This document shows positions 27,915-37,990 of a stretch of 64,000 nucleotides of DNA, one piece after another. The stretch spans positions 1 to 64,000 of the IMG/VR virus record IMGVR_UViG_3300042923_001459. One strand, written 5' to 3'. The notes under the pieces are model-generated. The model was not told where the DNA came from, made no database searches, and worked only from the letters and a program-made list of their open reading frames with translations. Position numbers and translations under genes: made by a program. Numbering within the stretch: position 1 is the first letter of the stretch; each line of letters starts with the position of its first letter. Source of the DNA: a virus.

Positions 27915-28814
27915 TTAACTCCAAGGTAGATTATTAAGTTGATCTTTGAATGATTTAAACTCAACACCTTCATGGCGTCTGTTCTTCTCACTTGCGACCT
28001 TTAATAATGCTGCTTCATACGGGTTACTTGTAGTCATTTTAGCAACTCTAGGAGCACCTTTAGAAGCTACTTTTTCTAAAATTTTAGCTTGCTTATCAGC
28101 ACCTTGACTAACGAAACTGATTTCAAAGAATTCAATTTCTCTATTATCTTCAAATACTGGTTTGTTATCAATTTCTCTACCTTTTGCTGAAATAATGTGA
28201 TCACAGAAATCTTCTTCTGTAATAGCTTCGTTTTTGCAAACGGAGCAAATTGACTTTCCACAACGGCATCCCATAGATACGTCTGTAATGTAGCCCATTT
28301 CTATGCCCCTAGTTAACTCTGGAAAAGCCTTTTTATCGACAGCAATAAGTAATTCTACAAATTTACCACGTTCATTCCAGATAGAGTCTAAAATAATACC
28401 TCTAGCTTCTTCAACGTTTTCGTTTTGATGATCAACGAAAGCAGCTTTACCAATGAATGTTTTGTAAGTTTTTTTCAATTCATCGTAAGAGAAAAAATCT
28501 CCATTATCATTTGCGCCTCTGATTTGTTTACCATATTTTGCTAGATTATCCATAAGTGTTTCCATTGGAACCAATTCAGCATATCCATTATCATGTTCAA
28601 TAACGTTACCGGCAGATACCGCTCTAACTCTAACATATAGAAAGTCATCTTCTTTTGGAGCAATTTTTACAACTTTGGAAGCTGTTTTGACCATATTCAA
28701 TGTATTAGATCTATTCAAAACTGACAAATCTGGTCTTTTATTTGGCTCCAATGAAACTTTTGCAACCGAATCACTATATCCTGCAATTTTTACAGGTAGC
28801 GTATATTTAATCAT
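27915..28814 (-). CDS. prohead (capsid maturation) protease, with Zn-ribbon insert
   Basis: NDNGDFF, FVDH, DVSMGC, CSVC...CDH, FFEISFV...AD; position between portal and MCP. Confidence 0.75.
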   Translation of the reverse strand: MIKYTLPVKIAGYSDSVAKVSLEPNKRPDLSVLNRSNTLNMVKTASKVVKIAPKEDDFLYVRVRAVSAGNVIEHDNGYAELVPMETLMDNLAKYGKQIRGANDNGDFFSYDELKKTYKTFIGKAAFVDHQNENVEEARGIILDSIWNERGKFVELLIAVDKKAFPELTRGIEMGYITDVSMGCRCGKSICSVCKNEAITEEDFCDHIISAKGREIDNKPVFEDNREIEFFEISFVSQGADKQAKILEKVASKGAPRVAKMTTSNPYEAALLKVASEKNRRHEGVEFKSFKDQLNNLPWS

Positions 28815-28920
28815 TTAGCTCACCGCCTATTTTTTTAGTTCTCTTTAAACTAATAAAGCAAATAAAACTTCTTATAATTAATAAGAGAGATTACATGTAA
28901 TATTACAAAAGAAACCCGTC

Positions 28921-29940
28921 TTATTTAGACGAGTTCTTTTTAATTAGTCTTTTATTCATTGTATTAGCAACGTTACTACTTTGCAATTCTTGTTTGATGC
29001 TTTCGAAAAACTGATCAACATTTTGTCCATATGTCTTGAGTGAATCTATTGAATAACCATCAAGAACAATCCTAATGTTTTGTTCTGCATCAATCATTTT
29101 TTGATAGTTATCTTTTTTAAATATTTTAGCTTCTGGCTCATTAAGATAAGCATTAAAATCATTATCATTTCCAAATATAGAGTCTAAAGATTTTAATGGA
29201 ATGTAATAGTTAACATTAGGACCATCAATTTTGATTCTAAGATAATTAGTGATTAATTTGTCAAAAGCAGCACCTTGAAAAACTTTTCTAGATACTTCGT
29301 CTAACGCTGCTTTAAATATAGTTAGTGAGGTATTTGAAACTAAACCATTATCATCAACAGTGACACCTTTTTCTCTTAAACCAGCTATTAATTCTGGAGT
29401 TTTGTTGTTTAAATTCTCTCTGTTATTTATGTTGTAGTAACTTTCATTCCATTCCGACTCTGTTGTTTCACCGGAGATAAGCTTTGAAACTTCCGGAAAT
29501 ACTCCCTTTTCATCTACCGCTCTTTTAAAAGTTTGCTGTAAATCATAATTTGCAAAATCAGCTCGAACTGGCATCCAATAACTGGAATTTTTCCCCCAAT
29601 TTTGATTGTAGTAATTTAAAAAATTCTTAAATAATACTGCAGCAGCCATGGTTTTTCTTTTTTCAGGTAAATTAAAATAAAGTTGATCATTAACATTAAC
29701 GATATTTACATCCAAAACTTTATCTTCTTCTTCATAACCTTGATTTTCTATAATATCAATTGTTTCTTCTTTACTCAAATCAGCAGAACTACAAGCTGAT
29801 TTTATATCCGTGATTTCTCCAACCAACCACATAACTGGTTCATTTGGAGATAGCTCATCGTCATAGACTCCAACCTTTAAATTACCACCGGAAAATTCTA
29901 CCTTACTTTGAAGCTTTGCAAGTCTCTTAAAAAACGACAT
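28921..29940 (-). CDS. hypothetical protein with divergent copy of the GNAT-like repeat
   Basis: LFKNFLNYYNQNW...PVRADFAN...FKRAVDEKGVFPE resembles the repeat core LYKKFGEIY...PVxxxFxNP...FRKAVxxGWxPE. Confidence 0.6.
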   Translation of the reverse strand: MSFFKRLAKLQSKVEFSGGNLKVGVYDDELSPNEPVMWLVGEITDIKSACSSADLSKEETIDIIENQGYEEEDKVLDVNIVNVNDQLYFNLPEKRKTMAAAVLFKNFLNYYNQNWGKNSSYWMPVRADFANYDLQQTFKRAVDEKGVFPEVSKLISGETTESEWNESYYNINNRENLNNKTPELIAGLREKGVTVDDNGLVSNTSLTIFKAALDEVSRKVFQGAAFDKLITNYLRIKIDGPNVNYYIPLKSLDSIFGNDNDFNAYLNEPEAKIFKKDNYQKMIDAEQNIRIVLDGYSIDSLKTYGQNVDQFFESIKQELQSSNVANTMNKRLIKKNSSK

Positions 29941-30037
29941 CCTTTGCACCACCTATTGTGTATTAAATAATAATCATACAAATGAATATACTCACCTGTA
30001 TCTAAAAACACTTCCCCTTGCGAGGAAGTATTTAGAT

Positions 30038-30313
30038 TTAGCTTATAATGATGTTTCTAGCCCTTAAAATCTGTTTTGCTCTAGCCAACCAAGCATCCCA
30101 ATTAGCCTTGGCATCAGCTTGACTACTAATGTCATCAAAATCTCCACGTTCGATATCTTGTGCCATTTGAGCTTGTAAATCATATCTTGGAACAATTGGT
30201 AATCCATAAATTAGATCTTTTGCTAAAGCAAAACTATTACTAATATAATCTTCTTTATCAGAAACGGTTTTGTTTGGTGTAGTCCCATTCATTTTGTGAA
30301 CATCTTTATTCAT
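30038..30313 (-). CDS. hypothetical protein, paralogue of 30379..30687 (probably its -1 frame extension)
   Basis: FALAKDLIYGLPIVP vs FLLAKQLIAALPISP; no SD; frame open back to the A9 run. Confidence 0.6.
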   Translation of the reverse strand: MNKDVHKMNGTTPNKTVSDKEDYISNSFALAKDLIYGLPIVPRYDLQAQMAQDIERGDFDDISSQADAKANWDAWLARAKQILRARNIIIS

Positions 30314-30378
30314 ATCAAGATAATTGTTTGTATATAAATTATCAGTATATTTATCAGTATAAAGATTGTTTGGTCCTG

Positions 30379-30687
30379 CTAGTCTTTTTTTTTAGCAACT
30401 AAAATACCTTTTGTTTTTAAAAAATCTTGAGCTGCCTTAAGAAGAGCTCCAAAATCAACATTGTCTCCCTCAATTGAACCTAATGCTCCTTCAGCAAGTG
30501 CATCTGCAAGAACATGAGTTACGGAGTTTGATGGAGAAATAGGTAATGCAGCAATTAACTGTTTAGCGAGCAAAAATGCATCAATCTTATCCTCATTTGG
30601 ATTTTGTGATGGGTTTGAAACCATCTTCTCAATTTTAACATTAATATAAGGATCTGAACCATTAGCAATTTTTTTTAATCTACTCAA
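30379..30687 (-). CDS. hypothetical head-region protein
   Basis: Starts MSRLKKIA after AGGAGGAG. Confidence 0.75.
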   Translation of the reverse strand: MSRLKKIANGSDPYINVKIEKMVSNPSQNPNEDKIDAFLLAKQLIAALPISPSNSVTHVLADALAEGALGSIEGDNVDFGALLKAAQDFLKTKGILVAKKKD

Positions 30688-31045
30688 AATTAACTCCTCC
30701 TTGTTTCAGCTTATTGTAAGCTTCGTTTGCAATTTCTTCCACATCGCCATTGACTGGAGTAACACCTAGAATTCTCCATGGAAACGGTAAAGCATAGTTT
30801 AAAGCCATTAAGTAATAGCTATCAAATACGTCAATTGTTTCTTCATGTATCATATTTTTATTATCAACTTTTTCCTCGTTTAAAAGAAACATTTTATGAT
30901 CTAGGATGATATTTAATGTCTCCATAAGTAAGTTATCTTCGGTTGAATAAGCAACATCACCAGTACCGTGACAAGAGCAAATTACTCCAACTGGTTTATT
31001 TTCTCTGATATCGCATATGATAGCTAAATTACCTTTTCTATCCAT
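30680..31045 (-). CDS. hypothetical protein
   Basis: ORF coupled to neighbours. Confidence 0.7.
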   Translation of the reverse strand: MDRKGNLAIICDIRENKPVGVICSCHGTGDVAYSTEDNLLMETLNIILDHKMFLLNEEKVDNKNMIHEETIDVFDSYYLMALNYALPFPWRILGVTPVNGDVEEIANEAYNKLKQGGVNFE

Positions 31046-31065
31046 ATTAGAAATACCCGCCTTTA

Positions 31066-32616
31066 TTAGAAAAATTCAACTGAATTAAAAATATTCTCCT
31101 TGATATAGTCAAACACACTTTTGTCTATTGATTTCAATTTATTTGGTTGATTTACATATGCTATAGTAGATTCAATTAAATAATCTTCTGCAGTATCTTG
31201 AGCCAGATAACTTATAAATGGATCTTGAAATACTGCAATACCAGTACCAATGTGTTTAGAATTTACTTTTTCAGTATATCTATTTTTAACCCATTCGGTA
31301 ACTGTAATCTTATCCCCAACAATTTTTCTAACAAGCATGTTCTCAATTAGTTGAGCATCGAAAGACATTGGAGAAACATAGTAAATGTTATCATAATCAA
31401 ATGACGCTATTTTAAAACGAAGTTTATCTTGTGCAATACAAGCTTCGTTATTAGCTTTAAACTCATTTTCATCTTTTGATAAATAGTGAGTCTTTACAGA
31501 TTGAAACCAATCATCTACATCTGTAATGTTATCGACAAATACAAAAGTTGTATCACTCATAAATTGCTTTGCATAAATTTGAAATTTCTTAATGAGCTTA
31601 ATAACTCTGTATTCCATCTCAATAGGTACATTTTTAAATTCAAAATTAGAAATCTTGAAATCAATATGCGTGTGTATTTCTTTATTGAGAAATGTTGATT
31701 TATGTTTCATGAATGGAGAAGTTTCTACGTGAGTATTAACTTCAGCCAATATACTTAAATCTGTAATTTGATTTCTATAGCTAATTACTGGGTCAATAGA
31801 TAATTTACAAAATGAATGATTAGTACCACCATTAACACCATAGTCGGATATTGAATCACTCAGGCTTGTAATTTTACCCGACCTAGCATTACAAATGGGA
31901 CAACACAGAGATTCATCTTCAGATATAAATACTACAGCATCAATACCAAGATTTTTAAACTCCTCAATTTGAGCTCTTCTAAATAACTGAATAATTTCTC
32001 TAGCTATTGCATCCATAAATTCATCAAATACTCCAGAAAAAGAATTCTCAACTACCTTAATAACTCCATTCATTTCTTCATCGGACAACTCTTGCTTACT
32101 ATATTCAAAATGAGTATAATCTTCATCACCATCTAAATTCCACTTTCCTTGGATTTTTTTAGAAGTTATTCTTTCAACTAGATAATTAACAATAGCATTA
32201 TCGAATTGAAGGGTGAGTTGTGTTAATTTATTTGACTTATAAAGATTAATGAATTGCTTGTCATTACTAGTAAAAGAGTATTTTTCACCATGATTTGGTT
32301 GTTGTTTTGCTAACTTTAGTTTCTTTCTAGTAATTAGTTTACCGCTATAGTACACACCTTCAGCATAGTAATCCATTAGAGAAATTATAGTTTGAACAAA
32401 ATCTCCCATTTCTTTTTCAATTATATTTCTCATAAAATTATTGCTAGATATAAGAGGTGCCGAAAGCACCTCTTTTTTAATTCTATCTTGAATGAACCCT
32501 AAAGTTTTTTCAAAACATTCTTTTGCTTCTTCATCGATAGACAAAATATATTTTTTAGCCAATTCACTCACCTGCATCTTCAACAACAATTCTCTCCAAC
32601 CTTCTTCAACAGCCAT
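31066..32616 (-). CDS. MuF/gp7-like head morphogenesis protein with C-terminal extension
   Basis: Adjacent to portal; CCPICNARSGK...HSFCK motif. Confidence 0.6.
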   Translation of the reverse strand: MAVEEGWRELLLKMQVSELAKKYILSIDEEAKECFEKTLGFIQDRIKKEVLSAPLISSNNFMRNIIEKEMGDFVQTIISLMDYYAEGVYYSGKLITRKKLKLAKQQPNHGEKYSFTSNDKQFINLYKSNKLTQLTLQFDNAIVNYLVERITSKKIQGKWNLDGDEDYTHFEYSKQELSDEEMNGVIKVVENSFSGVFDEFMDAIAREIIQLFRRAQIEEFKNLGIDAVVFISEDESLCCPICNARSGKITSLSDSISDYGVNGGTNHSFCKLSIDPVISYRNQITDLSILAEVNTHVETSPFMKHKSTFLNKEIHTHIDFKISNFEFKNVPIEMEYRVIKLIKKFQIYAKQFMSDTTFVFVDNITDVDDWFQSVKTHYLSKDENEFKANNEACIAQDKLRFKIASFDYDNIYYVSPMSFDAQLIENMLVRKIVGDKITVTEWVKNRYTEKVNSKHIGTGIAVFQDPFISYLAQDTAEDYLIESTIAYVNQPNKLKSIDKSVFDYIKENIFNSVEFF

Positions 32617-34598
32617 TAATTCTCCGAATTCTTCTGTTGAGTCTCCGCTTGACGTCTCACTTTTGTCGTTTGTGAAGAACGGGGATCCGTAGACGTCTGA
32701 GTTTCTTCTTGAACCCCGCTTTGTACTAAAAAATCTGATAAATTGTTAGAGGAATGCTTTGGTCCAACTGATGGAGGTGGAGCATTCTGTTGTGATTTAT
32801 CATTTGGTGAAGGAGCTTTCTCTGTTGGAGCAGGTCCCTTACCAGGGAAACCAAATGCTTGAGGGTTTGGTCCTTTATCACCACCAGGTACTGGTGCTCC
32901 TGGTTTTCCCGGAGGAGTTGGTGGTGTTGGTCCATGTCCCGGTGCTCCTGGTGGCCCACTTGCTGGAGGATGAACTCCTGGAGGTCCTGGAGGATGTGGA
33001 GGTCCACCTGTAGGAGCACTTGGTCCGCCTGCTGCTGGGCCGCCTCCTGGAACTTTAGGAGCGTTGGAATCAAATACTGTTCCACGTTCTTTTTCAAGAT
33101 TTTTCATTTCGGTTTCAGGATCAAGCTTAAGCATAGGTAAAATAGTATGCATAGATACAAGACCTTTTGATTGCAATTGTTGAACAAAGTTTAAAACGGA
33201 TTGGTTAGAAGTCAAATCTTGTTGAGACCAAGAAATTTCAGGAATGATTAGATTCATTTCTTTTTTACTTGCCAATCTTCTTTGTTCTTTTTCGCTTAAA
33301 TACTTACTAGAAATAGTTCCAGTAGCTGGTTTATAGAAACCTTGAATTTCAGCAATAGGCTTGTAAACTTTTCTTCTAATCCAAGATTCCATCTTTAAAC
33401 GATAAGAAGCATAACGCTTAGCTAATGCATCCATACCAACTTGAGCATTAGCATATGTTGGACCAGTACCATCAACAAGGGCTTGGTTAATCATAAGACC
33501 ATTCATAAGTTCTTTTTGAATAAAATCAAACTCTTGATTCAGAGGAAGAATTTTTCCTGAAGAACCAACATAATCTGTTTGAAGGGCATAGTGATAAACT
33601 AGAACGAAGTTAGGGTCTTCATCGGCCATCATTAAAGTATCACGTAAAGAATCTAAATCTTCTTGTTGTGGCATTGGCTCACCAGGTGCACCAACTTTAA
33701 AGATACGTAATGGTGTGATGTGTCTATTTGCAATAGCGTTTTGTGCTTCTCTCAATTTATCCTTATAGATAAGAGTTTTGAAACAACGCATCATGATAGG
33801 TGTTCCCCAAGTTTCATACTGAGCAGCCTTATGAGCAATATGAGAAACAAGACGATTATCTAATTTCATGTTTCTACCCATACGTACTTGACGCACGACA
33901 TCTTCAGGTAATTGTTGATAGATTGAAGCATAATCTCCACGCGGTCCAGCAGAAACAATTGCTTTAACTGTTTCATCGGGAATAAGTTCAATAACTGGAT
34001 CACCAGCTAGAATTGAAGCTTTAATATCTACGAAGTCTGGATTTAAGAGTACAAATCTTTCCCACATTCCATCACTTTCATTTAATTGACCAAATGGGAA
34101 AACGTCTCCAATCTTCCAATACTCTAGTCCAATATCTAAAAGTAGACTTATTAAATCTAAACGATCGAATGCCATGTGATCAAAGAAATCTTTAATTCCA
34201 TTATCTGAAACTACATGATTAAAATCTGAAATTGGAAATTCAGTGTGTAAATCTAATGACGTAGCAATAATTGGTTCAGTTCTATAGAAATGTCTGCACC
34301 ATTCATTACGCTCCCTTCTGTCTCTTGGGAGCATTATGTTCATAGCTTGGAATAAAGGGTGATAGAAGTTAGGATTACCCATCTTAATATTACCCATTGA
34401 CGGATTAGCCATTTTTCTTTGTATGTTCTTAGGCAAGCCATTTTTATCTTGTAAAAGCGCACTACGCATCATAGCTCCGCCGCCATGATTATTGTTCATG
34501 CCACTATTTCCTGTTGCGTTCATCGCAGCTTGTTTTGCCATTTTAAAATCTGATTCGGTAACATTTGTGATGATACGATCACTCACGCGGTACACCAC
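32616..34598 (-). CDS. portal protein
   Basis: WCRHFYRTEPIIATSLDLHTEFP, EYWKIGDVFP, LLNPD, WGTPIMMRCF; head-module position; Pro/Gly-rich tail. Confidence 0.8.
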   Translation of the reverse strand: MVYRVSDRIITNVTESDFKMAKQAAMNATGNSGMNNNHGGGAMMRSALLQDKNGLPKNIQRKMANPSMGNIKMGNPNFYHPLFQAMNIMLPRDRRERNEWCRHFYRTEPIIATSLDLHTEFPISDFNHVVSDNGIKDFFDHMAFDRLDLISLLLDIGLEYWKIGDVFPFGQLNESDGMWERFVLLNPDFVDIKASILAGDPVIELIPDETVKAIVSAGPRGDYASIYQQLPEDVVRQVRMGRNMKLDNRLVSHIAHKAAQYETWGTPIMMRCFKTLIYKDKLREAQNAIANRHITPLRIFKVGAPGEPMPQQEDLDSLRDTLMMADEDPNFVLVYHYALQTDYVGSSGKILPLNQEFDFIQKELMNGLMINQALVDGTGPTYANAQVGMDALAKRYASYRLKMESWIRRKVYKPIAEIQGFYKPATGTISSKYLSEKEQRRLASKKEMNLIIPEISWSQQDLTSNQSVLNFVQQLQSKGLVSMHTILPMLKLDPETEMKNLEKERGTVFDSNAPKVPGGGPAAGGPSAPTGGPPHPPGPPGVHPPASGPPGAPGHGPTPPTPPGKPGAPVPGGDKGPNPQAFGFPGKGPAPTEKAPSPNDKSQQNAPPPSVGPKHSSNNLSDFLVQSGVQEETQTSTDPRSSQTTKVRRQAETQQKNSEN

Positions 34599-34736
34599 CT
34601 TCTCTGTTTTAACATCTAATATATGCTTAATATATTATGCAATTCTATTTTAATAATAAAATCATTGCACAAATTAAAAATAGCTTGCTACAAAAAAGAC
34701 AAATACTCTTTTTTTGAGTATTTGTCTTAATATAAT

Positions 34737-35003
34737 TTATTTGTTTTTTGCTTTTAATTTGTGTTTTTTCAAACCATGATCAATTGAGTTGTGTAACATT
34801 TCATAATGTTCACTTTTATCATGTCCCTTACGACCTTTGATTCCATCAATATGACCACCATTTTCATGAAAATGATCAATAATATCTGCAAAGTGGTCTT
34901 GCTCAAGTCTTAAGCCTGAACGTCTAGTTACCAAATAACCGATTAGTTTTTCTAGTTCGCTTTTTGCTGCATAAGCAGCACTTTTTGCCATTAAACGTTT
35001 CAT
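34737..35003 (-). CDS. hypothetical His/Lys-rich protein
   Basis: MKRLMAKSA start after GGAG. Confidence 0.65.
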   Translation of the reverse strand: MKRLMAKSAAYAAKSELEKLIGYLVTRRSGLRLEQDHFADIIDHFHENGGHIDGIKGRKGHDKSEHYEMLHNSIDHGLKKHKLKAKNK

Positions 35004-35018
35004 TGTCAACAACTCCAA

Positions 35019-35390
35019 TTAGAATAAGTCGTCATCTTCCTTTTCTTCCACTGGAGGAACATACGCTTTAATTGAAACTCCATCATCTTCAGCGGTAGTA
35101 ATGCCGCCTTCTTCTGTTTCAATTTCATAGTTATCTTTTCCATTTTCTGAAGCATAAGGACCATAGATGACAGTTCCGAAGATACCTCGTGTCTCTACTT
35201 GATCTCCAACCGCAAAATTAGCTTTCTTAGTTTTCTTTTTGGTTGTTTTGTTTTTCTTAACCAATCTGAAATCATCGAAGTACTCTTTTAAATCAGGGTC
35301 AAGGCCCCCGAACATCATAGCTTCTCTAGTAAAAGAATCCATGTCATCCATACTGCTATATGATTTTTTTAAACGTCCTTTATCTTTCAT
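35019..35390 (-). CDS. hypothetical protein (SH3/KOW-like C-terminal domain)
   Basis: GRLKKS start; FAVGDQVETRGIFGTVI. Confidence 0.65.
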   Translation of the reverse strand: MKDKGRLKKSYSSMDDMDSFTREAMMFGGLDPDLKEYFDDFRLVKKNKTTKKKTKKANFAVGDQVETRGIFGTVIYGPYASENGKDNYEIETEEGGITTAEDDGVSIKAYVPPVEEKEDDDLF

Positions 35391-35461
35391 TGCTCAATTA
35401 GCTCCTTAACCCTGAATTATTAATATATCTATATTATGCGGTTGGCCATATAAAAGTTTAA

Positions 35462-36595
35462 TTATTTTTTATGTTGAAAGATTTCTCCACTTCTCAAATC
35501 AACTGCGTATTCAGTACCACCTTTTGGTGAATACACGCCTTGGAAATGACCAGCAGTAGTGGATTTAACAAGTTCTTCACCTGTTTCTGGACAAATACCT
35601 TGTTGGAAGATTTTTTCAGCTACACCGCTAAGTTTTTCAACTTTATCTTCTCCACATGTGCATTCTCCATTTTCACAACCACAATCCTCGCAACAATCTT
35701 CGTCTTTATCTTTTTCACCAGGAACTTCAACTTTAGGTTCAAGCTCAGGTTTAGGTTCTTCTTCAGCAGGTGCTTCAACCGCTGGAGTTTCTGTTGCTAC
35801 TGGAGCATCATTAGTTACAGCTTGTTGAACTTCAGAAGGAGCGTGTTGTGATAACTCAACGCGACCAGCTGGAGAAGTAATGTCAACAGCTTTTTCTTTA
35901 GCGAGTTCTTGAGCTGATTGGTTAGCTGAATCAGTAAAGTGTTGAACTTCATCTTGAATAGCTTGAGTAGCACCTGGATCATCAACAAATTGTGGAACAC
36001 GAGCATATTGTTGTTCAATGCTAGATAGACGTTTCTCTAAAGTAGCAATAGTAGCTTCCAATTCTTCAAAGCCAGAAGCAATTACGTTCATAACTTCTTC
36101 ACCCTCAAGAACTTCATCTTCTTCGCCAACTGCAGCTTCTTTAGTTTCATTAACTGGTGGAACATCACAAGCTTCTTCTTCAACACTTGCAGTAATGTCT
36201 TCATCTTCACCCTCAAGGATTTCATCTTCTTCACCTAAGGAGAGAGCAAGTTTATCCAATTCGTTTGCTAAATCATCTTCTTTAACTTCTTCAGCAGCAA
36301 CAATCTCATTAGCATTAAGTTTGTGATCTACTTCTTCAACAGATTTAACATCTGGAATAGAAGTAACAGTGTTACCAAATTCATTTATAACGTTTGCGCC
36401 TTTTTCATCAAAAGCTACTCTAAAAGTTTCATCTTTCCATACAATTTTATCAAGGTCACCAACATTAATTTCAGCTACTACTTCTTCTTTAGTCTCCTCT
36501 TCTTTTGTGTCGACTTCAGCCTTTTTTGCTAATCCATTAATAAATTCTTCCATCCAAGCAGATAAACCTCTTTTTGAAACATGTTTGTTTTCCAT
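35462..36595 (-). CDS. acidic putative internal head protein
   Basis: Very Glu/Asp-rich 377 aa with Cys cluster; AGGAG SD. Confidence 0.65.
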   Translation of the reverse strand: MENKHVSKRGLSAWMEEFINGLAKKAEVDTKEEETKEEVVAEINVGDLDKIVWKDETFRVAFDEKGANVINEFGNTVTSIPDVKSVEEVDHKLNANEIVAAEEVKEDDLANELDKLALSLGEEDEILEGEDEDITASVEEEACDVPPVNETKEAAVGEEDEVLEGEEVMNVIASGFEELEATIATLEKRLSSIEQQYARVPQFVDDPGATQAIQDEVQHFTDSANQSAQELAKEKAVDITSPAGRVELSQHAPSEVQQAVTNDAPVATETPAVEAPAEEEPKPELEPKVEVPGEKDKDEDCCEDCGCENGECTCGEDKVEKLSGVAEKIFQQGICPETGEELVKSTTAGHFQGVYSPKGGTEYAVDLRSGEIFQHKK

Positions 36596-36747
36596 CTTGA
36601 AAAATCACTCCTAACAGAATTTTATATTGTCTTTGAACTTTAATTTAATTATTCAAAAACCAAAATGATAACTATCTATAATTATTACGTAATTATATTA
36701 GCCTTAACACTATAAAATATTTCACTTTTTAATATTTTTTATAATGC

Positions 36748-36984
36748 TTATTTTTTGAGTCTACTTCTCTTATTAGAGCTCATTAATTGATGTTCAGCAT
36801 AGTCAATTGGTTGTTCAAATAACCATTGCTGCGAAATTGAAGGTCCATATGTTTTTTTTGTTATCTCATCTTTATTATCAACTATTTCTTCTGGATTTCC
36901 AAAAAGAACGGGTACTGCTGAATAACCAGTACCCATACCGCCGGATTCATCGGCAATTTTTTTAAGTCTTGTTTTAGTTTCCAC
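36748..36984 (-). CDS. hypothetical protein
   Basis: TRLKKIA at N-terminus and SRLKK at C-terminus. Confidence 0.65.
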   Translation of the reverse strand: METKTRLKKIADESGGMGTGYSAVPVLFGNPEEIVDNKDEITKKTYGPSISQQWLFEQPIDYAEHQLMSSNKRSRLKK

Positions 36985-37003
36985 TCGGTACCACCTCTTT
37001 TTA

Positions 37004-37417
37004 TTACGAAAAACCTAAGAAGCTAGGTTTCTTGAGTAGTAAATTATGATAATAGTCATTTTTACCTTTGTTACGTGGATTAGATACAAATTGCTCTAAT
37101 TGCTTTTGAAGTACTGGTATTTGTTTTGCAAACTTCTCAGCACGCGATACTCCTTTAAAAGCAGTTAATAAATCTGAATACATTCTAAATGCAGATTTAA
37201 CATCTGGACCATCATAAAAAGAACTAGTGTTTGTATCATAATTAATATAAACTTGATACCATGGGTTCCAGTTTACAACTCTTGCGGATAGACCAACAAT
37301 GTCTCCACTTCCAAGAATTTCCGTATCAAGATCCATAGCGGGTGATGCTATCTTAGTCATCGTGTCTATATTGATTTTTGCCTCTTCTGATTTTTTCAAT
37401 TTTCTTAAACGACTCAC
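37004..37417 (-). CDS. hypothetical protein
   Basis: GTG start giving MSRLRKLKKS; TKIAS. Confidence 0.65.
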   Translation of the reverse strand: MSRLRKLKKSEEAKINIDTMTKIASPAMDLDTEILGSGDIVGLSARVVNWNPWYQVYINYDTNTSSFYDGPDVKSAFRMYSDLLTAFKGVSRAEKFAKQIPVLQKQLEQFVSNPRNKGKNDYYHNLLLKKPSFLGFS

Positions 37418-37571
37418 GTGTATCACCTTGGCCTTTAACTGACTTTAAACTGCCGTCGTCACAGGATTCGCAGATTGTAATAATGGTTTTATCATCTAAC
37501 CATACCTTTTTAATCTCTTCTTCCGGGGTATAATTATTACAATCTGGCATACCGCACCTGAAAATTTTCAT
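37353..37571 (-). CDS. small Zn-ribbon protein
   Basis: CGMPDC...CESC; GGGGG SD. Confidence 0.55.
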   Translation of the reverse strand: MKIFRCGMPDCNNYTPEEEIKKVWLDDKTIITICESCDDGSLKSVKGQGDTRESFKKIEKIRRGKNQYRHDD

Positions 37572-37603
37572 TTGCTTTCAATTTCCCCCAATAAACTATT
37601 ATG

Positions 37604-37978
37604 TTATTGTGACCATACTGGTCCATGAGGAGCAATAAAATCACTATCTGGTGGTCTATCTTGAGATCCACTATTTTCATACTCAATTTTTAAGCCAGGA
37701 ACAGGAATAATGCTTGATTTTTGAATATCATTAATCAAGTCAGTTTTTTCTAGCTCTTTCGATATACTTTCATTATTAGAGGTTTTGCGTAAATCTTTTA
37801 CAAGTTTACCTTCTAAGGCTGATTTTTTTTCAAGACTTGTTTTTCTTTCATCGGCTATTTTGTCTAATTTTGACATAGAACCCAATAATTGACTATAATC
37901 AATGCCAAGAGGCTGATTGACAGCCTCTTGGTTTTTTGGTAAGTTTGTTCTTTCGCTTGACTTAATGTAAGGATTCAT
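37604..37978 (-). CDS. hypothetical protein
   Basis: AAGGAG SD. Confidence 0.7.
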   Translation of the reverse strand: MNPYIKSSERTNLPKNQEAVNQPLGIDYSQLLGSMSKLDKIADERKTSLEKKSALEGKLVKDLRKTSNNESISKELEKTDLINDIQKSSIIPVPGLKIEYENSGSQDRPPDSDFIAPHGPVWSQ

Positions 37979-37990
37979 ACCTACATCTCC

